From: Methanothrix sp.
GTDB taxonomy: Archaea > Halobacteriota > Methanosarcinia > Methanotrichales > Methanotrichaceae
Length of the DNA: 64,000 bases
Assembly: GCA_963682135.1 (NCBI GenBank)
Contig: OY821645.1
Location: 2,144,001-2,208,000, forward strand
Direction of reading: 5' to 3'
The notes under the pieces were generated by a model, which saw only the letters and a list, made by a program, of their open reading frames with translations, ran no database searches and was not told the DNA's origin. Of this stretch, positions 1-9,878 are shown in pieces (positions within the stretch are counted from its first letter, which is position 1; every line of letters starts with the position of its first letter). The translations under genes and the position numbers were made by a program.

Positions 1-1
1 G

Positions 2-1378
2 ATTAATAAAACCTCTATTAACGCTTGGAATGGCAAAGGCAATTCCCTTCAAAAGCTAAATCGCACCCCTGAAGCTGCCATTGCCTATGCAAGAGCTAAA
101 GACCTTGATCCGAATAATAGGAAAGATGCCATATCCATTTCGTTTTTAGTTGTCTATATAATGATATTAATAGTAGGATGCTATTTTTCTAAAAAGTGTG
201 TCATTTCTACTGAAGTGATAATATTCGCCATGAATCTGCTGGGATTCTTATCTTATTGCTGGATATTATCGGGTTTATATGACTTTAAATCCGTAGAATT
301 GTTTTTACTTTATGGTTTTTTAGCAAGCGCGGTTACTATAATTCTCTGGGCATCATTGGGCGTTCCCCTGGATAATTTATGGCTGAGGTTAGTCGATTCT
401 TTCTCTGTATCCAGGCAAAAGAGCTGTATCTCCCCCCAAATAGAAAAATCAATCTGTTTCATAGCCATAATTACTTATGCCGCTATTTCCAGCGCATTCT
501 ATCTTCGTTCGGTTGAATCTGAAGGAGGCACGCTATACTTGCTCAAATCTGCATTTGTCTTGATATTCTTGGTTGATTTGGCAATTACGCTTCCATCAAT
601 AATTATAAAGCTTATGTCGATATATATTGATCATGATACGCGTAACCTTTTTCTTATCCTGCAATTCGGGTATCTGTCCATAAATGCCCTGCTTATATCG
701 GTAATTCTTTGGGTTTTTGGAGTCAGTCGCGAAGTCCTAGACGTTTCTTCTTTGTTCCAGTTAATCATTATTCTTTTGCTGGTACTTACATTTCTATTTC
801 CCTACCTATCTGGATGGCAGCGCGAGAAAAAATGGCGTGAATTATTGTTAACGACGCGACATGCTTGGATCGAAGAGTTGCTGGACATCTGTGAGTTTCC
901 AACTCCATCACTATATCCCTCGAGACTTAAGACATTCTTTGATAAAATCAAAGATTATAAAGATAATTTCGAGAGAGATGCACTAATAAAAAATAATAAA
1001 AAATATATTCGCGATATAAAAACAAAGAGCTGTAGAAATATTTACGATGTAGCAATCAGAAGGAATGATCCCTGCACCAGCCATCAAGATTTCCTGAATA
1101 AATTCCAGGAGAATCTACAGGAGTTTTCAACCCAAATAGAGACACTAAAGGCTGATCAAGCCGAGATAACAAAATTGGGAGGCACTTACGCAAATCTATA
1201 TCGCACAAGGAAGGACGAAATTGCCAAAATGATTGAAACGGAAAGAAACTCCAAGCCCCTTTTATGGATTGGCTTGACATCTTTCCTTACTACGATCTTG
1301 GCTGCTTTATTGACCCAAATTGGGGCCTGGCTGGTTCCAAATATTATTCGGCTATCCCCATTGAGTTCGGGGACTTGA
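2..1378 (+). CDS. TPR-repeat multi-pass membrane protein, 5' end outside the window
   Basis: The frame of ORF 161..1378 is open back to position 2 and reads INKTSINAWNGKGNSLQKLNRTPEAAIAYARAKDLDP (TPR-like). About 6 hydrophobic segments, a helical soluble region and a C-terminal TM follow. AT-rich. Confidence 0.7.
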   Translation: MNKTSINAWNGKGNSLQKLNRTPEAAIAYARAKDLDPNNRKDAISISFLVVYIMILIVGCYFSKKCVISTEVIIFAMNLLGFLSYCWILSGLYDFKSVELFLLYGFLASAVTIILWASLGVPLDNLWLRLVDSFSVSRQKSCISPQIEKSICFIAIITYAAISSAFYLRSVESEGGTLYLLKSAFVLIFLVDLAITLPSIIIKLMSIYIDHDTRNLFLILQFGYLSINALLISVILWVFGVSREVLDVSSLFQLIIILLLVLTFLFPYLSGWQREKKWRELLLTTRHAWIEELLDICEFPTPSLYPSRLKTFFDKIKDYKDNFERDALIKNNKKYIRDIKTKSCRNIYDVAIRRNDPCTSHQDFLNKFQENLQEFSTQIETLKADQAEITKLGGTYANLYRTRKDEIAKMIETERNSKPLLWIGLTSFLTTILAALLTQIGAWLVPNIIRLSPLSSGT

Positions 1379-1541
1379 TTAAGAGCAAATATATATCGCG
1401 TAGAGACTTAATTCGCGAGGCAAGAATGATATCTCACCACCCCGTAGCAATAATCGACCCGATATCGAAGAGAATCGAGTCCAATATCCTTGCTTTGGAG
1501 GATGCAGATGAGCTGGAGAGGCTGGAGAAGATCTGCTGCAA

Positions 1542-2531
1542 ATGATCCTCAGACCATTTGATCCCTGGAAGAGCCAGTTATGCACCTGCCCGTCCAAGTT
1601 GAGCCTGAATCCCTACACGGGATGTCCACATGGCTGCCTTTACTGCTACGCCTCATCTTACATCCCCCGCTTCACCGAGTGCCGCCACAAGGCCGATCTC
1701 TTGAGAAGACTGGCCAGAGAGTCGTCAAAGATAAAGCCAGGCACATTGGTCGCATTGTCTAATAGCTCCGATCCCTATCCGCCCCAGGAAGAAGAGCTGC
1801 GGCTCAGCCGGAGATGTTTGCAGATCTTAAAAGAGCGTGGTCTTTGTGCCCAGGTGGTGACCAAATCGCATTTGGTAGCAAGAGATGCAGAGCTTCTTTC
1901 CGAGATGAAGGCCTGTGTGGCCATAACCATCACATCGCTAAGTGAATCTATCTGCTGCAAGCTGGAGCCGGGAGCGCCATCACCGGCGAGACGTCTTGAA
2001 GCTATGGCGAAACTGTCGGCAAAGGGAGTTGCAGTCTCGGCCAGAATAGATCCTATCATTCCCGGCATAAACGATACAGAGATCGAGCAATTGGCAGCCG
2101 CGGTCTCACGGGCGGGAGCCTTGCATATTACCACCTCGACTCTTAAGGCCCGACCGGAAGCCATGAAAAAGATCATCTCCGCCTTTCCCCTGGAGGGAGC
2201 GACCTTAGAGGGCCTGTTTGCCCGAGGAAGCAAAGTTGCAGGAAGCCGCTACCTTCCCGAAGAGATGAGACGCATTTTGATGCAGAAGGTAAAAGAGAGT
2301 GCACGACGAGAGGGCGTGACGTTCTCCACTTGCCGGGAAGGATGGGCAGGGGTTCCGGGAATAAGCTGCGATGGATCTCATTTATTGTCTGCAGTTGGCA
2401 ATCGTGATCATAATCCCCTTATTTCAATCGACGAACTAAACCATAAAAATAATACAGAGGGACAGGGACACAGCCTTCGGTTTTGCTGCCGGCCCCCCAT
2501 CATCAGCCCCGCCCATGAAGAAAGGGCATAA
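1542..2531 (+). CDS. Radical SAM protein, SPL/Rv2578c-like family
   Basis: LNPYTGCPHGCLYCYA (CxxxCxxC), SSDPYP, VTKS, RIDPIIPGIND. Confidence 0.85.
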   Translation: MILRPFDPWKSQLCTCPSKLSLNPYTGCPHGCLYCYASSYIPRFTECRHKADLLRRLARESSKIKPGTLVALSNSSDPYPPQEEELRLSRRCLQILKERGLCAQVVTKSHLVARDAELLSEMKACVAITITSLSESICCKLEPGAPSPARRLEAMAKLSAKGVAVSARIDPIIPGINDTEIEQLAAAVSRAGALHITTSTLKARPEAMKKIISAFPLEGATLEGLFARGSKVAGSRYLPEEMRRILMQKVKESARREGVTFSTCREGWAGVPGISCDGSHLLSAVGNRDHNPLISIDELNHKNNTEGQGHSLRFCCRPPIISPAHEERA

Positions 2532-2682
2532 ATTGCGATGCGGTCCCTTAATTGTGGTCTTAGCCCATGAAAGTCTATTTATATGAAGAATAACTAGACT
2601 TGACGACAATTCTTCTCAAAGGGGAGGATGTTCAAACTACAGTCATAAATGCTATGCGCTAGAGGAATAGGAGGTATTCAAT

Positions 2683-3498
2683 ATGAAGAAAGTTTTGGCT
2701 ATCACTGTGGCCCTCATGATAGCAGCCATCGTTTTAATGCCTGCTTTGGGGTACACTAATCAAGCTGCAGGAAATCAAAATTATACTGCAAAATCAGGAA
2801 ATCCAGTCGAATACAGCTTAAAAACAATAAATGTTCCCGCCCACAACCTGACTCCGGATATGGTGGTAAACAAGTATTCTTTCAAGTCTGCGGGCGTTGC
2901 GAGCACCAGGATGCCCTACTCGTTCCAGCAGGGAGCTGCCTCACCATACTCCTTTAAACTGGTGGGTGTCGAGAACGCAGTTGCCCAGGGCATGAAGACC
3001 GTGAAGCCGACCGCTAAGCTGGGCAGCATGATGAAGGAAGCTGCACCTGTTAATGAACCAGTAGCCGAGGCCGCAGTTGCACCCGTGGCTGAGCCTGTAG
3101 TCGAGCCGCTCACCTTCTCGATTGAAGGAAAGGTAGTTGATAGCAATCAAACCGGCTTGGCCGGCTGGACCATGAACCTGACAAAGGATGGAGCAGTTAT
3201 CAATAGCGTTCCAACAGCTGCAGACGGCAAGTTTGCCTTCCCAGAACTGGCTGCTGGAGAGTACACAGTCTCCGAGCTCCTCATGGAGGGCTGGAATGTT
3301 GTCTCCCCCGCAGAGGGAATGTCTGTCGTGAACATCACCGATGCCAGCGTGACCGATCTGGTATTTGTAAATCAGCTCGTGCCAGTTGTTGCAGCCGCAC
3401 CTGTGGTAGTCGAGCCCGTTGTTGCGGGAAACGTGACCGCTCCAGCCAATGACACTATACCCAGCAACGCTACCGCAGCGATCAATACCACTGTGTAG
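2683..3498 (+). CDS. Secreted/surface protein with SdrD-B/Cna-B-like domain
   Basis: Signal peptide; GLAGWTMNL...TAADGKFAFPELAAGEYTVSE motif; Ala/Pro/Val linkers; N-x-T sequons; GGAGGT RBS. Confidence 0.75.
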   Translation: MKKVLAITVALMIAAIVLMPALGYTNQAAGNQNYTAKSGNPVEYSLKTINVPAHNLTPDMVVNKYSFKSAGVASTRMPYSFQQGAASPYSFKLVGVENAVAQGMKTVKPTAKLGSMMKEAAPVNEPVAEAAVAPVAEPVVEPLTFSIEGKVVDSNQTGLAGWTMNLTKDGAVINSVPTAADGKFAFPELAAGEYTVSELLMEGWNVVSPAEGMSVVNITDASVTDLVFVNQLVPVVAAAPVVVEPVVAGNVTAPANDTIPSNATAAINTTV

Positions 3499-3518
3499 AA
3501 TCCTATCAATAAATAATG

Positions 3519-3552
3519 ACCCTGGCTTTCCAGGGCCCCTCATTTCTTTTTT
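3519..3552 (+). terminator. Hairpin plus T-tract terminator
   Basis: ccctgg-cttt-ccaggg followed by tttctttttt after the 3498 stop. Confidence 0.5.
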
Positions 3553-3615
3553 CGCTCAACCAATAATCTTTCATAGGTTGAAGGGCAATAAGGTATTGAT
3601 TTCAGGTTTTGGGGG

Positions 3616-3999
3616 ATGTTTGTGAAAACGAAAGCAATGTGCATGTTAATGGGCCTTTTTGCGCTAATACTGGCCGCACCAGTCTATGCATCAGGATTTT
3701 ACGGGTCAGGTCCCTGTGAAGCAAGAAATGCAATCGAAGCATACTGCATGAATCATGGAGGATGTCCTAAAGACGGATACTGCTATTTTCCGGACGGTAG
3801 CTTCTGTGAGCTTCGATCCTTTTACAATGGAACCTGCCCGGGAAGAGAGTACTACGAGCAGGCCATGTGGATGGCAGAAGCCTACCGCTTCCTTTACGAC
3901 GACGGGATATACAGCGCTCCTTACATACCCAACACGTACCCATACAATTATCCCTATTACTATCGACCAACCTATGCATCTGGATATGGCATGCAGTAA
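3616..3999 (+). CDS. DUF333-like secreted Cys-rich protein with Tyr/Pro-rich tail
   Basis: Signal peptide; AYCMNHGG...GYCYFPDGSFCE...FYNGTC pattern. Confidence 0.7.
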   Translation: MFVKTKAMCMLMGLFALILAAPVYASGFYGSGPCEARNAIEAYCMNHGGCPKDGYCYFPDGSFCELRSFYNGTCPGREYYEQAMWMAEAYRFLYDDGIYSAPYIPNTYPYNYPYYYRPTYASGYGMQ

Positions 4000-4109
4000 T
4001 TGTGGTGTAAATATCCAATAAGTGGAATAGATAGATAAGTGAAATGGAAAGTCGATAAATGAAGGAGGGGGTGAAAAATCGTCCCCATCCCATTAATCGC
4101 TTTGCATCT

Positions 4110-4769
4110 TCAAGACAGGATGTCACGCTTGAAGTTCTCGAAGCCGATCTCCTCAATGAACTCGCCCAGACGCTGTTTCTTGGCGTGGTCCTTGTAGTAA
4201 TTGATTATTTTATCAATTAACGAGAGGACCTCTTCATCGGAAAGATTCTCAGCCAGCATCACTCCCAGTCGAGGCTTGACACCGCTGCTACCACCGACCA
4301 GAAGCCTCCATCCTTTTGACATTCCGATCAAGCCGATATCTTTTACGGCCGGCTCAGCGCAGGAGTTTGCGCATCCGGATACGCCAATCTTGAATTTCCA
4401 GGGCAGCGGCATGCCATGATATAATTCATCCAGCTTCAAGCCTACTCCCACAGAATCCTGCTGGCCTCGCTTGCAGAAAGTGGTTCCTGGACAGATCTTG
4501 ATGCTTCGCACACATAGACCAATAGCGGCCCCGGCCTTCATTCCCAGATCCTTCCAGGCATCATCGATATCTTTGGGATCAATTCCAACGATGGCGATTC
4601 TCTGCGCGGAGGTGATCTTGAGAACTTTGGCGTTGTATTTCTCTGCTACATCGGCAATCCGGCGCAAACCGGCAGGATCTATTATGCCGCCTGCGATATG
4701 TGGCGCTATGGCATAGGTCTCTTTGTCCCTCTGCACAATTGCGCCCTTTTCCAGAATATCTTTAGACAT
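4110..4769 (-). CDS. Stand-alone nitrite/sulfite reductase-like siroheme-4Fe-4S protein
   Basis: QRDKETYAIAPHIAGG, ITSAQRI, CPGTTFCKRG, KFKIGVSGCANSCAE; start taken at MSKDILEKG. Confidence 0.85.
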   Translation of the reverse strand: MSKDILEKGAIVQRDKETYAIAPHIAGGIIDPAGLRRIADVAEKYNAKVLKITSAQRIAIVGIDPKDIDDAWKDLGMKAGAAIGLCVRSIKICPGTTFCKRGQQDSVGVGLKLDELYHGMPLPWKFKIGVSGCANSCAEPAVKDIGLIGMSKGWRLLVGGSSGVKPRLGVMLAENLSDEEVLSLIDKIINYYKDHAKKQRLGEFIEEIGFENFKRDILS

Positions 4770-4909
4770 GGTCTTGAGTTCACCAATTAACTGCACAGTT
4801 CTTCCCGGCAAAAAGGATTTCTCCATAACAATCAAGAAAAAGCGCTACGAGAATTAAGCACTGCAAGATTTAAAGCATCTGATTAGAAGAGAATATGCGT
4901 CACGAGGCT

Positions 4910-4964
4910 TGCTGATGAGGAGCCGTTTTTATGCACCCTTCGCGGGATCAAATCCTCATCAGCA
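4910..4964. repeat. 12-bp perfect inverted repeat
   Basis: tgctgatgagga (4910-4921) and tcctcatcagca (4953-4964), just 3' of chaB; probably a terminator or structured UTR. Confidence 0.6.
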
Positions 4965-4978
4965 TTGCTCTAAAGACA

Positions 4979-5284
4979 TCATGCGTGTGCCTTTGCCTGC
5001 GAGGCAGCCCCACTCGGCCTGCTCTTGCGGTGCCTAATGACATGGCGCGAGCGTCTTCCTGAGACCTCTTCGCTTTTTACCCACTCACCCGTCTCGTCGT
5101 CCTTCTCGTACTGCTCTTTCACGGCCGACCAGGCAGCTTCGTGAGATGCCTTCTCGCGATCTGCATCCTCAGTACTCTCTAAATCCTCCCAGCAGCTATT
5201 ATAAGCTTTCATGTAAAGGACCTTGGCGCGGCTGGGCAAATTTCGCACGCTCTTGGGCAGCTCGCTTATGCTCTCGAATGGCAT
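4979..5284 (-). CDS. chaB: ChaB family protein
   Basis: ELPKSVRNLPSRAKVLYMKAYNS...AAWSAVKEQYEK...WV; GGAGGTG RBS. Confidence 0.85.
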   Translation of the reverse strand: MPFESISELPKSVRNLPSRAKVLYMKAYNSCWEDLESTEDADREKASHEAAWSAVKEQYEKDDETGEWVKSEEVSGRRSRHVIRHRKSRPSGAASQAKAHA

Positions 5285-5377
5285 CAAATACACCTCCTGT
5301 TAATGTTTGAGCTTTTTAGTAACCAGCTTACTATGAAGATCCTGGTTAAAAGGTTTTGGGATCAATGGTGTCTGGGA

Positions 5378-6733
5378 TCAAGGAGGAATGAATACCATCC
5401 CTTCCTTACTCCACAGCAACCTCCCATCGTCACCCTTGACTGCCAGTACCTGTGCATTCTCAGATTCACCCAGATTGTAGACGATAAGATCCTGCTGTCC
5501 TTCACCGGTCAGGTCCGGGCCGGGCACGGCGTAGACCAGGCCAGAAAAGGATTGCTGCCAGAGCAACTCTCCATCATATCCCTGGAGCATGACGATATCG
5601 CTACTAATCGAACCGTTCTTTGCATACTTTATGAGATAGACTAATATTTTGTCTTGCCCGTCCCCGGTCAGATCTAACACCGGCATAGCCAGTGCAGGGC
5701 CAGCAAAGCTGCGGTTCCAGAGCGTCTTGTGCTCCTGGCCGTCTCTAGCTTCAAGTATGGTGGCAGTAATGTTCAGAGGGACTTCTTCCCCAGCTCCCTT
5801 GCTGGCAATCGATCCGTTCAATTGATAAATCGCAGCAATGCTGTCTGTCACAAGATCATCTGTGAGGTTGCCGGCAGGATATTCAATTGCCAGAGCACCG
5901 GAAAACATTCTCTCCTCAAGATTTGTGCCATTGGAACCGTTTACCCGGGCAATGCTGGTGAATATTCCATTGTTCATGCTGTCCATGCCGAATACGTGCA
6001 CCAAGAATTCAGAGGCGTTGTTCCCGCTAATATCCTGGACGGGATAGGCAAAGGTCATGGCCAACATATGAGATCTGCTCCAAATAACAGTTCCATTGCT
6101 GCCGCAAATGGCGGAGACGCTGCTGTAAGGGATGAAGCTTCCTGCAGCCAGGATTTCGTTTATCATGACATCCGTTTGGCCGTCGCCATTGAGGTCACCC
6201 GCAGTTTGGGCAAAGACCAGCGAGCCAGGATACTCTCTTTGCCACAAGATACTACCGTTGCTGCCGTTAAGAGCCGCGATCTCCGAATCAAAGGCTCCTG
6301 TGCCGGCATCACTGCTGATGTTCATGACAAGGAGGTCTGTCGCATTGTCCCCATTGAGATCAGTTGCAGGAAATGCCAGGCGGATGACTTCCGGTTCACT
6401 TTGCGTCTGTGAGTAAAAGTCGGAATCATAATAGTTGTCTGCAAAATCAAGATCGCTAAATGCGTATTCTGATGATTCGAGATCTGATGAACCTGATCTT
6501 GATGAGTCTCGCTCTGTGGAATTTAAATCTAATGAATTAAAGAATGATGAAACCATCTTGGATGAATCAAAGTCTGATGAATTAATGGTAGTTTGGTTTA
6601 ATGCAGTCTGATTTAATGTCGTTTGGTTGCTTGAATTCGTAGCCAGAAGATCATCAATTGATTCGGATCCGCTGCCCACTGCGACCCCCTGGGCCAGCAA
6701 TAAAAAGCATGCAATCAAATAAAAAACAGTCAT
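5378..6733 (-). CDS. FG-GAP-like repeat (Ca-binding beta-propeller) secreted protein
   Basis: Repeated DLNGD/DLTGD(E)GxxD motifs each followed by GxxGxxLW; signal peptide; Ser/Asn-rich linker. Confidence 0.8.
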   Translation of the reverse strand: MTVFYLIACFLLLAQGVAVGSGSESIDDLLATNSSNQTTLNQTALNQTTINSSDFDSSKMVSSFFNSLDLNSTERDSSRSGSSDLESSEYAFSDLDFADNYYDSDFYSQTQSEPEVIRLAFPATDLNGDNATDLLVMNISSDAGTGAFDSEIAALNGSNGSILWQREYPGSLVFAQTAGDLNGDGQTDVMINEILAAGSFIPYSSVSAICGSNGTVIWSRSHMLAMTFAYPVQDISGNNASEFLVHVFGMDSMNNGIFTSIARVNGSNGTNLEERMFSGALAIEYPAGNLTDDLVTDSIAAIYQLNGSIASKGAGEEVPLNITATILEARDGQEHKTLWNRSFAGPALAMPVLDLTGDGQDKILVYLIKYAKNGSISSDIVMLQGYDGELLWQQSFSGLVYAVPGPDLTGEGQQDLIVYNLGESENAQVLAVKGDDGRLLWSKEGMVFIPP

Positions 6734-6958
6734 TCTTATGTTTATTCCTCCGTCATATCTCCGATATAAATTCGTTTGCATGTTTATGAACCTTCGCTTC
6801 CTTGCCGGAAAAAGACAACTGGAGAATGGTCTTTGTGTGAGGGATCTTTTGAACTAAAAAGAGTAATTTGGCCGGGTAAAAGCTGTAAAGATCAGCAGTC
6901 CCGGCTTGATGCATGAAGATGCAATTTTTCCACTAGCCGCTTTTTCGCCTCGGATTAA

Positions 6959-7693
6959 TCACAATTTTTTCCTTTGGGCATCCATCGCCGCTTTAATCTT
7001 TTCCCGATCCGCCTTCATCTTCTCGGCAGGAGTCATCTTTGCTTTTACGACTGGGGCGGGTGTGGGATTTTCCTGGACCGTGGCTGTTGCGGGTGCGACC
7101 GTAGTATCCGCAGTATCCTCGCTGCCCTGGCAATTGCCTGGCGGCGTGACGCCTTCATTTACGATAATGCTCAAATTGCCCAAGAAGTTCGCCATCATAT
7201 TCGCGCTCATGTTTACATCCGTTAGGATCATGGCCACAGTCATATTGTTGGGCTGGTAAGCGATAAGGTTTCGATTTCCCAACTTTCCTAAGAGCGCCGG
7301 TCCTGTATCGGATTCATTATAAACGGTCTGAGCCATGATAGGATCGAAAGCTTCCAGATAAGGCTTCAACTCTGTGGTCTCCAGCTCTCTCTGAGGTGCT
7401 TCACAGGGATAGAGAAGATGCAGTTCTACCCTATTTCCGTCCAGCAGCATTGATGCCGCAACCTCTCTCCCGCCGGTATAATTCGATTCGGCCATGGTTT
7501 CCGGCTCCACAACTACCGCGGGGGGAAGACAGAAGACAAGTTTGGCATAGCTTCCCATCTCTGCTCCAGTGCAGACGTCTTTTTCCTGGGCGACCGCAAC
7601 AGAAAACACAGTCATAAGGCCAAGCGTAATGCAACAAAAGAGCAGCATCTTTCCAAGAGGCACCGATCTATCCTCCAATTTTTCAAATTTCAT
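6959..7693 (-). CDS. Secreted hypothetical protein
   Basis: Signal peptide, Thr/Pro linker, basic C-terminal helix; GAGGTG RBS. Confidence 0.65.
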   Translation of the reverse strand: MKFEKLEDRSVPLGKMLLFCCITLGLMTVFSVAVAQEKDVCTGAEMGSYAKLVFCLPPAVVVEPETMAESNYTGGREVAASMLLDGNRVELHLLYPCEAPQRELETTELKPYLEAFDPIMAQTVYNESDTGPALLGKLGNRNLIAYQPNNMTVAMILTDVNMSANMMANFLGNLSIIVNEGVTPPGNCQGSEDTADTTVAPATATVQENPTPAPVVKAKMTPAEKMKADREKIKAAMDAQRKKL

Positions 7694-7859
7694 CCAATCC
7701 ACCTCATTGCTAATTGTTTTATCTCCCTTACAAATTCTAAATATTTGTTTCCGTTTATACCTCTCAAACTATTTAGCCGTTTTCCAATCGCAGATAGAAA
7801 GCTCCGATATGATAATATACTTGAAATAATCTGTGTACAAATTTAGGATAAAAGAATGA

Positions 7860-8342
7860 GTGGAGGATAGAATAGTGAAGTCAAAATTAAAGGTGAAATA
7901 TTTTGTCGCAGCTTTGATGTTTTTAACCATAAGCGCCAGCGCATCTGTTGTCATAAACGAGATGGAACTGAATCCACCGGAGGGCGGGGTGGATTGGGTT
8001 GAGATTTACAACCCGGATAACGAGAGCGTGGACATCAGCGGATGGATGGCAGAGATCACCGATGGAAGCTGGGTGGGAAAGCTCCCCGCTGTGCCCGCCG
8101 GAACCATTCTGCAGGCCAAGGGGTTTTATGTCTTCAATGGCCAGTCTTCCTGGAATCATAATGATGGCGGATATGCCACACTCTACAGCGCATCCGGAGA
8201 GGAAGTGGACAAAACGGCCAACCGGCAGGACTCCATGAACAACGACTTCACCTATGGCAGGCACCCGGATGGTCACGACACAAATGCTGATGGTGACTGG
8301 GGCCTGGGTTCCGCCACCAAGGGCGAATCAAATATACGCTAA
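7860..8342 (+). CDS. Lamin tail domain (LTD) secreted protein
   Basis: VVINEMELNP...DWVEIYNP...VDISGW, TYGRHPDG. Confidence 0.85.
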   Translation: MEDRIVKSKLKVKYFVAALMFLTISASASVVINEMELNPPEGGVDWVEIYNPDNESVDISGWMAEITDGSWVGKLPAVPAGTILQAKGFYVFNGQSSWNHNDGGYATLYSASGEEVDKTANRQDSMNNDFTYGRHPDGHDTNADGDWGLGSATKGESNIR

Positions 8343-8363
8343 TATGATGGGTGTGAAAAGAAA

Positions 8364-8834
8364 ATGTTGCTTAAATCAGAAATCGGAATCAAGGCACTCT
8401 TAGCCTTCTGCGGCCTTATGGCCATCTGCGGCCAGGGCATGTGCGACGTGGTTATCAATGAGTTTGAGCTAAGCCCGCCCGACAACGGCACCGTGTGGGT
8501 AGAGCTTTACAACACGGGAGATGCAGCCGTGGATCTGACCGGCTGGACGATCAATATCGTCGACAAACCCTGGGAGGGGCCCATCCCCCTGAAGGGCAGC
8601 ATCGAGCCCAAGGGATTCGTGGCTTTTGACGGTCAGGATACCTGGACTGCTACCGGAAACGGAACCGTATTTCTCTACGACGCCACCGGCGCTGAGGTAG
8701 ACAAGACATCCCAGCAGAGCGACAACTCTTATAGCGACTTCACCTATGGTCGCCTCCCGGATGGTAAGAAGACCGATACCAGGGCAGACTTTGCCTTCAT
8801 GATGGCCAGCAAAGGCAGGTCCAACGTCCGCTGA
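8364..8834 (+). CDS. Lamin tail domain secreted protein (tandem paralog)
   Basis: VVINEFELSP...WVELYNTG..VDLTGW, TYGRLPDG. Confidence 0.85.
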   Translation: MLLKSEIGIKALLAFCGLMAICGQGMCDVVINEFELSPPDNGTVWVELYNTGDAAVDLTGWTINIVDKPWEGPIPLKGSIEPKGFVAFDGQDTWTATGNGTVFLYDATGAEVDKTSQQSDNSYSDFTYGRLPDGKKTDTRADFAFMMASKGRSNVR

Positions 8835-9014
8835 GCCCGGGCCTGGTACAAGGTGAGATAGACCATTACCTGAGACCATACATAGAACTTCTCTGGCCCA
8901 CCCGGCTGAAAGCAAGCCGAAACGGCCAGATGAACATTTTTTCCTGGAAAGATCAATCAGATCAAACAATGCAAAATGCCTTAAAAAAATATAAGAAATG
9001 GTTTGCCAAAGCCG

Positions 9015-9878
9015 TTAATTCATTTGCAGAGTGTAATGAGTATCCTGATTGAAGTTCTTCGTATGCTCATTCTTGTTGATGATGCCGCCCATGCCGTCCC
9101 TCTGAGAGATGGTGATGGTATGAGTCTTGCCGCCACCTATCGTTAAGCTGGCTATTCCGTCCAGGGATCCATCGCTGTTATCGTTACAGAAAAATACACC
9201 GTCCACAAAGACATCGTAGCCCTTGATTCTTTGAGATTTTATGGTAACGAAAGCGTCACCCATTGAGATAGAATTCACATCCAATGGTGAGAACGACGGC
9301 TCGCTTTGCCTGGGCAGGACATCCAGGATAAGGGCATTGCCCGGCTCGCTTGCTTGGGCAAGCAGCATGAAGAGCCTGCCGGTCACCTCCGGCGTCAGTC
9401 TGAGCCGATAGTAGCCGGCCAGGAATTTGTGATTCCAGTGTTTAGTTGTGTTACTGGCATAGGATACGAGATAGATATCGCCACTGCCGTCTCGAGGAGT
9501 GCGCACTATCAGGTCGACTGCTTCTCCAGCCGTGACCTGCCCATAACGGCTCCAGACTGAATCCTTGGCAATCCATAGCTCGCTGAAAAGTGGCGCACAA
9601 GCACTGGAAACATAATCGGAGTAGTTAAGCTGCCTCTCACCCAGGAGGATGGATTGGGGCTCATTGCCGCTCAGGTTGAAGTATATTGGATCGGATAGGG
9701 TGGTTACGCGATTTTCCTGTGCACCATTTGCCAGGGAGACCCCCCCAGGTTCCGTCCAAGGCTCCTCTGTCCAGACCGGATTTCCCTCCGGCATTGCCCA
9801 GGCCGAGAGTACCAATAGCATAAAGAATGTTGAGGCGAAAGCCGCGCCCCAAAGATATTGATAGTGGTTAGAGCGCAT
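9015..9878 (-). CDS. Secreted hypothetical protein
   Basis: 287-aa ORF with signal peptide, directly downstream of the argS stop; PEGA-like YDVFVDG segment. Confidence 0.65.
   Translation of the reverse strand: MRSNHYQYLWGAAFASTFFMLLVLSAWAMPEGNPVWTEEPWTEPGGVSLANGAQENRVTTLSDPIYFNLSGNEPQSILLGERQLNYSDYVSSACAPLFSELWIAKDSVWSRYGQVTAGEAVDLIVRTPRDGSGDIYLVSYASNTTKHWNHKFLAGYYRLRLTPEVTGRLFMLLAQASEPGNALILDVLPRQSEPSFSPLDVNSISMGDAFVTIKSQRIKGYDVFVDGVFFCNDNSDGSLDGIASLTIGGGKTHTITISQRDGMGGIINKNEHTKNFNQDTHYTLQMN

Noticed and set aside
1426-1545. 39-aa ORF overlapping the radical SAM start (ATGA)
   Set aside because: Too short and no recognisable motif; it may be real but cannot be supported.
4910-4964. TGATGA as a possible C/D-box sRNA
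   Set aside because: The motif is part of the inverted-repeat stem and no properly placed D box (CTGA) follows.
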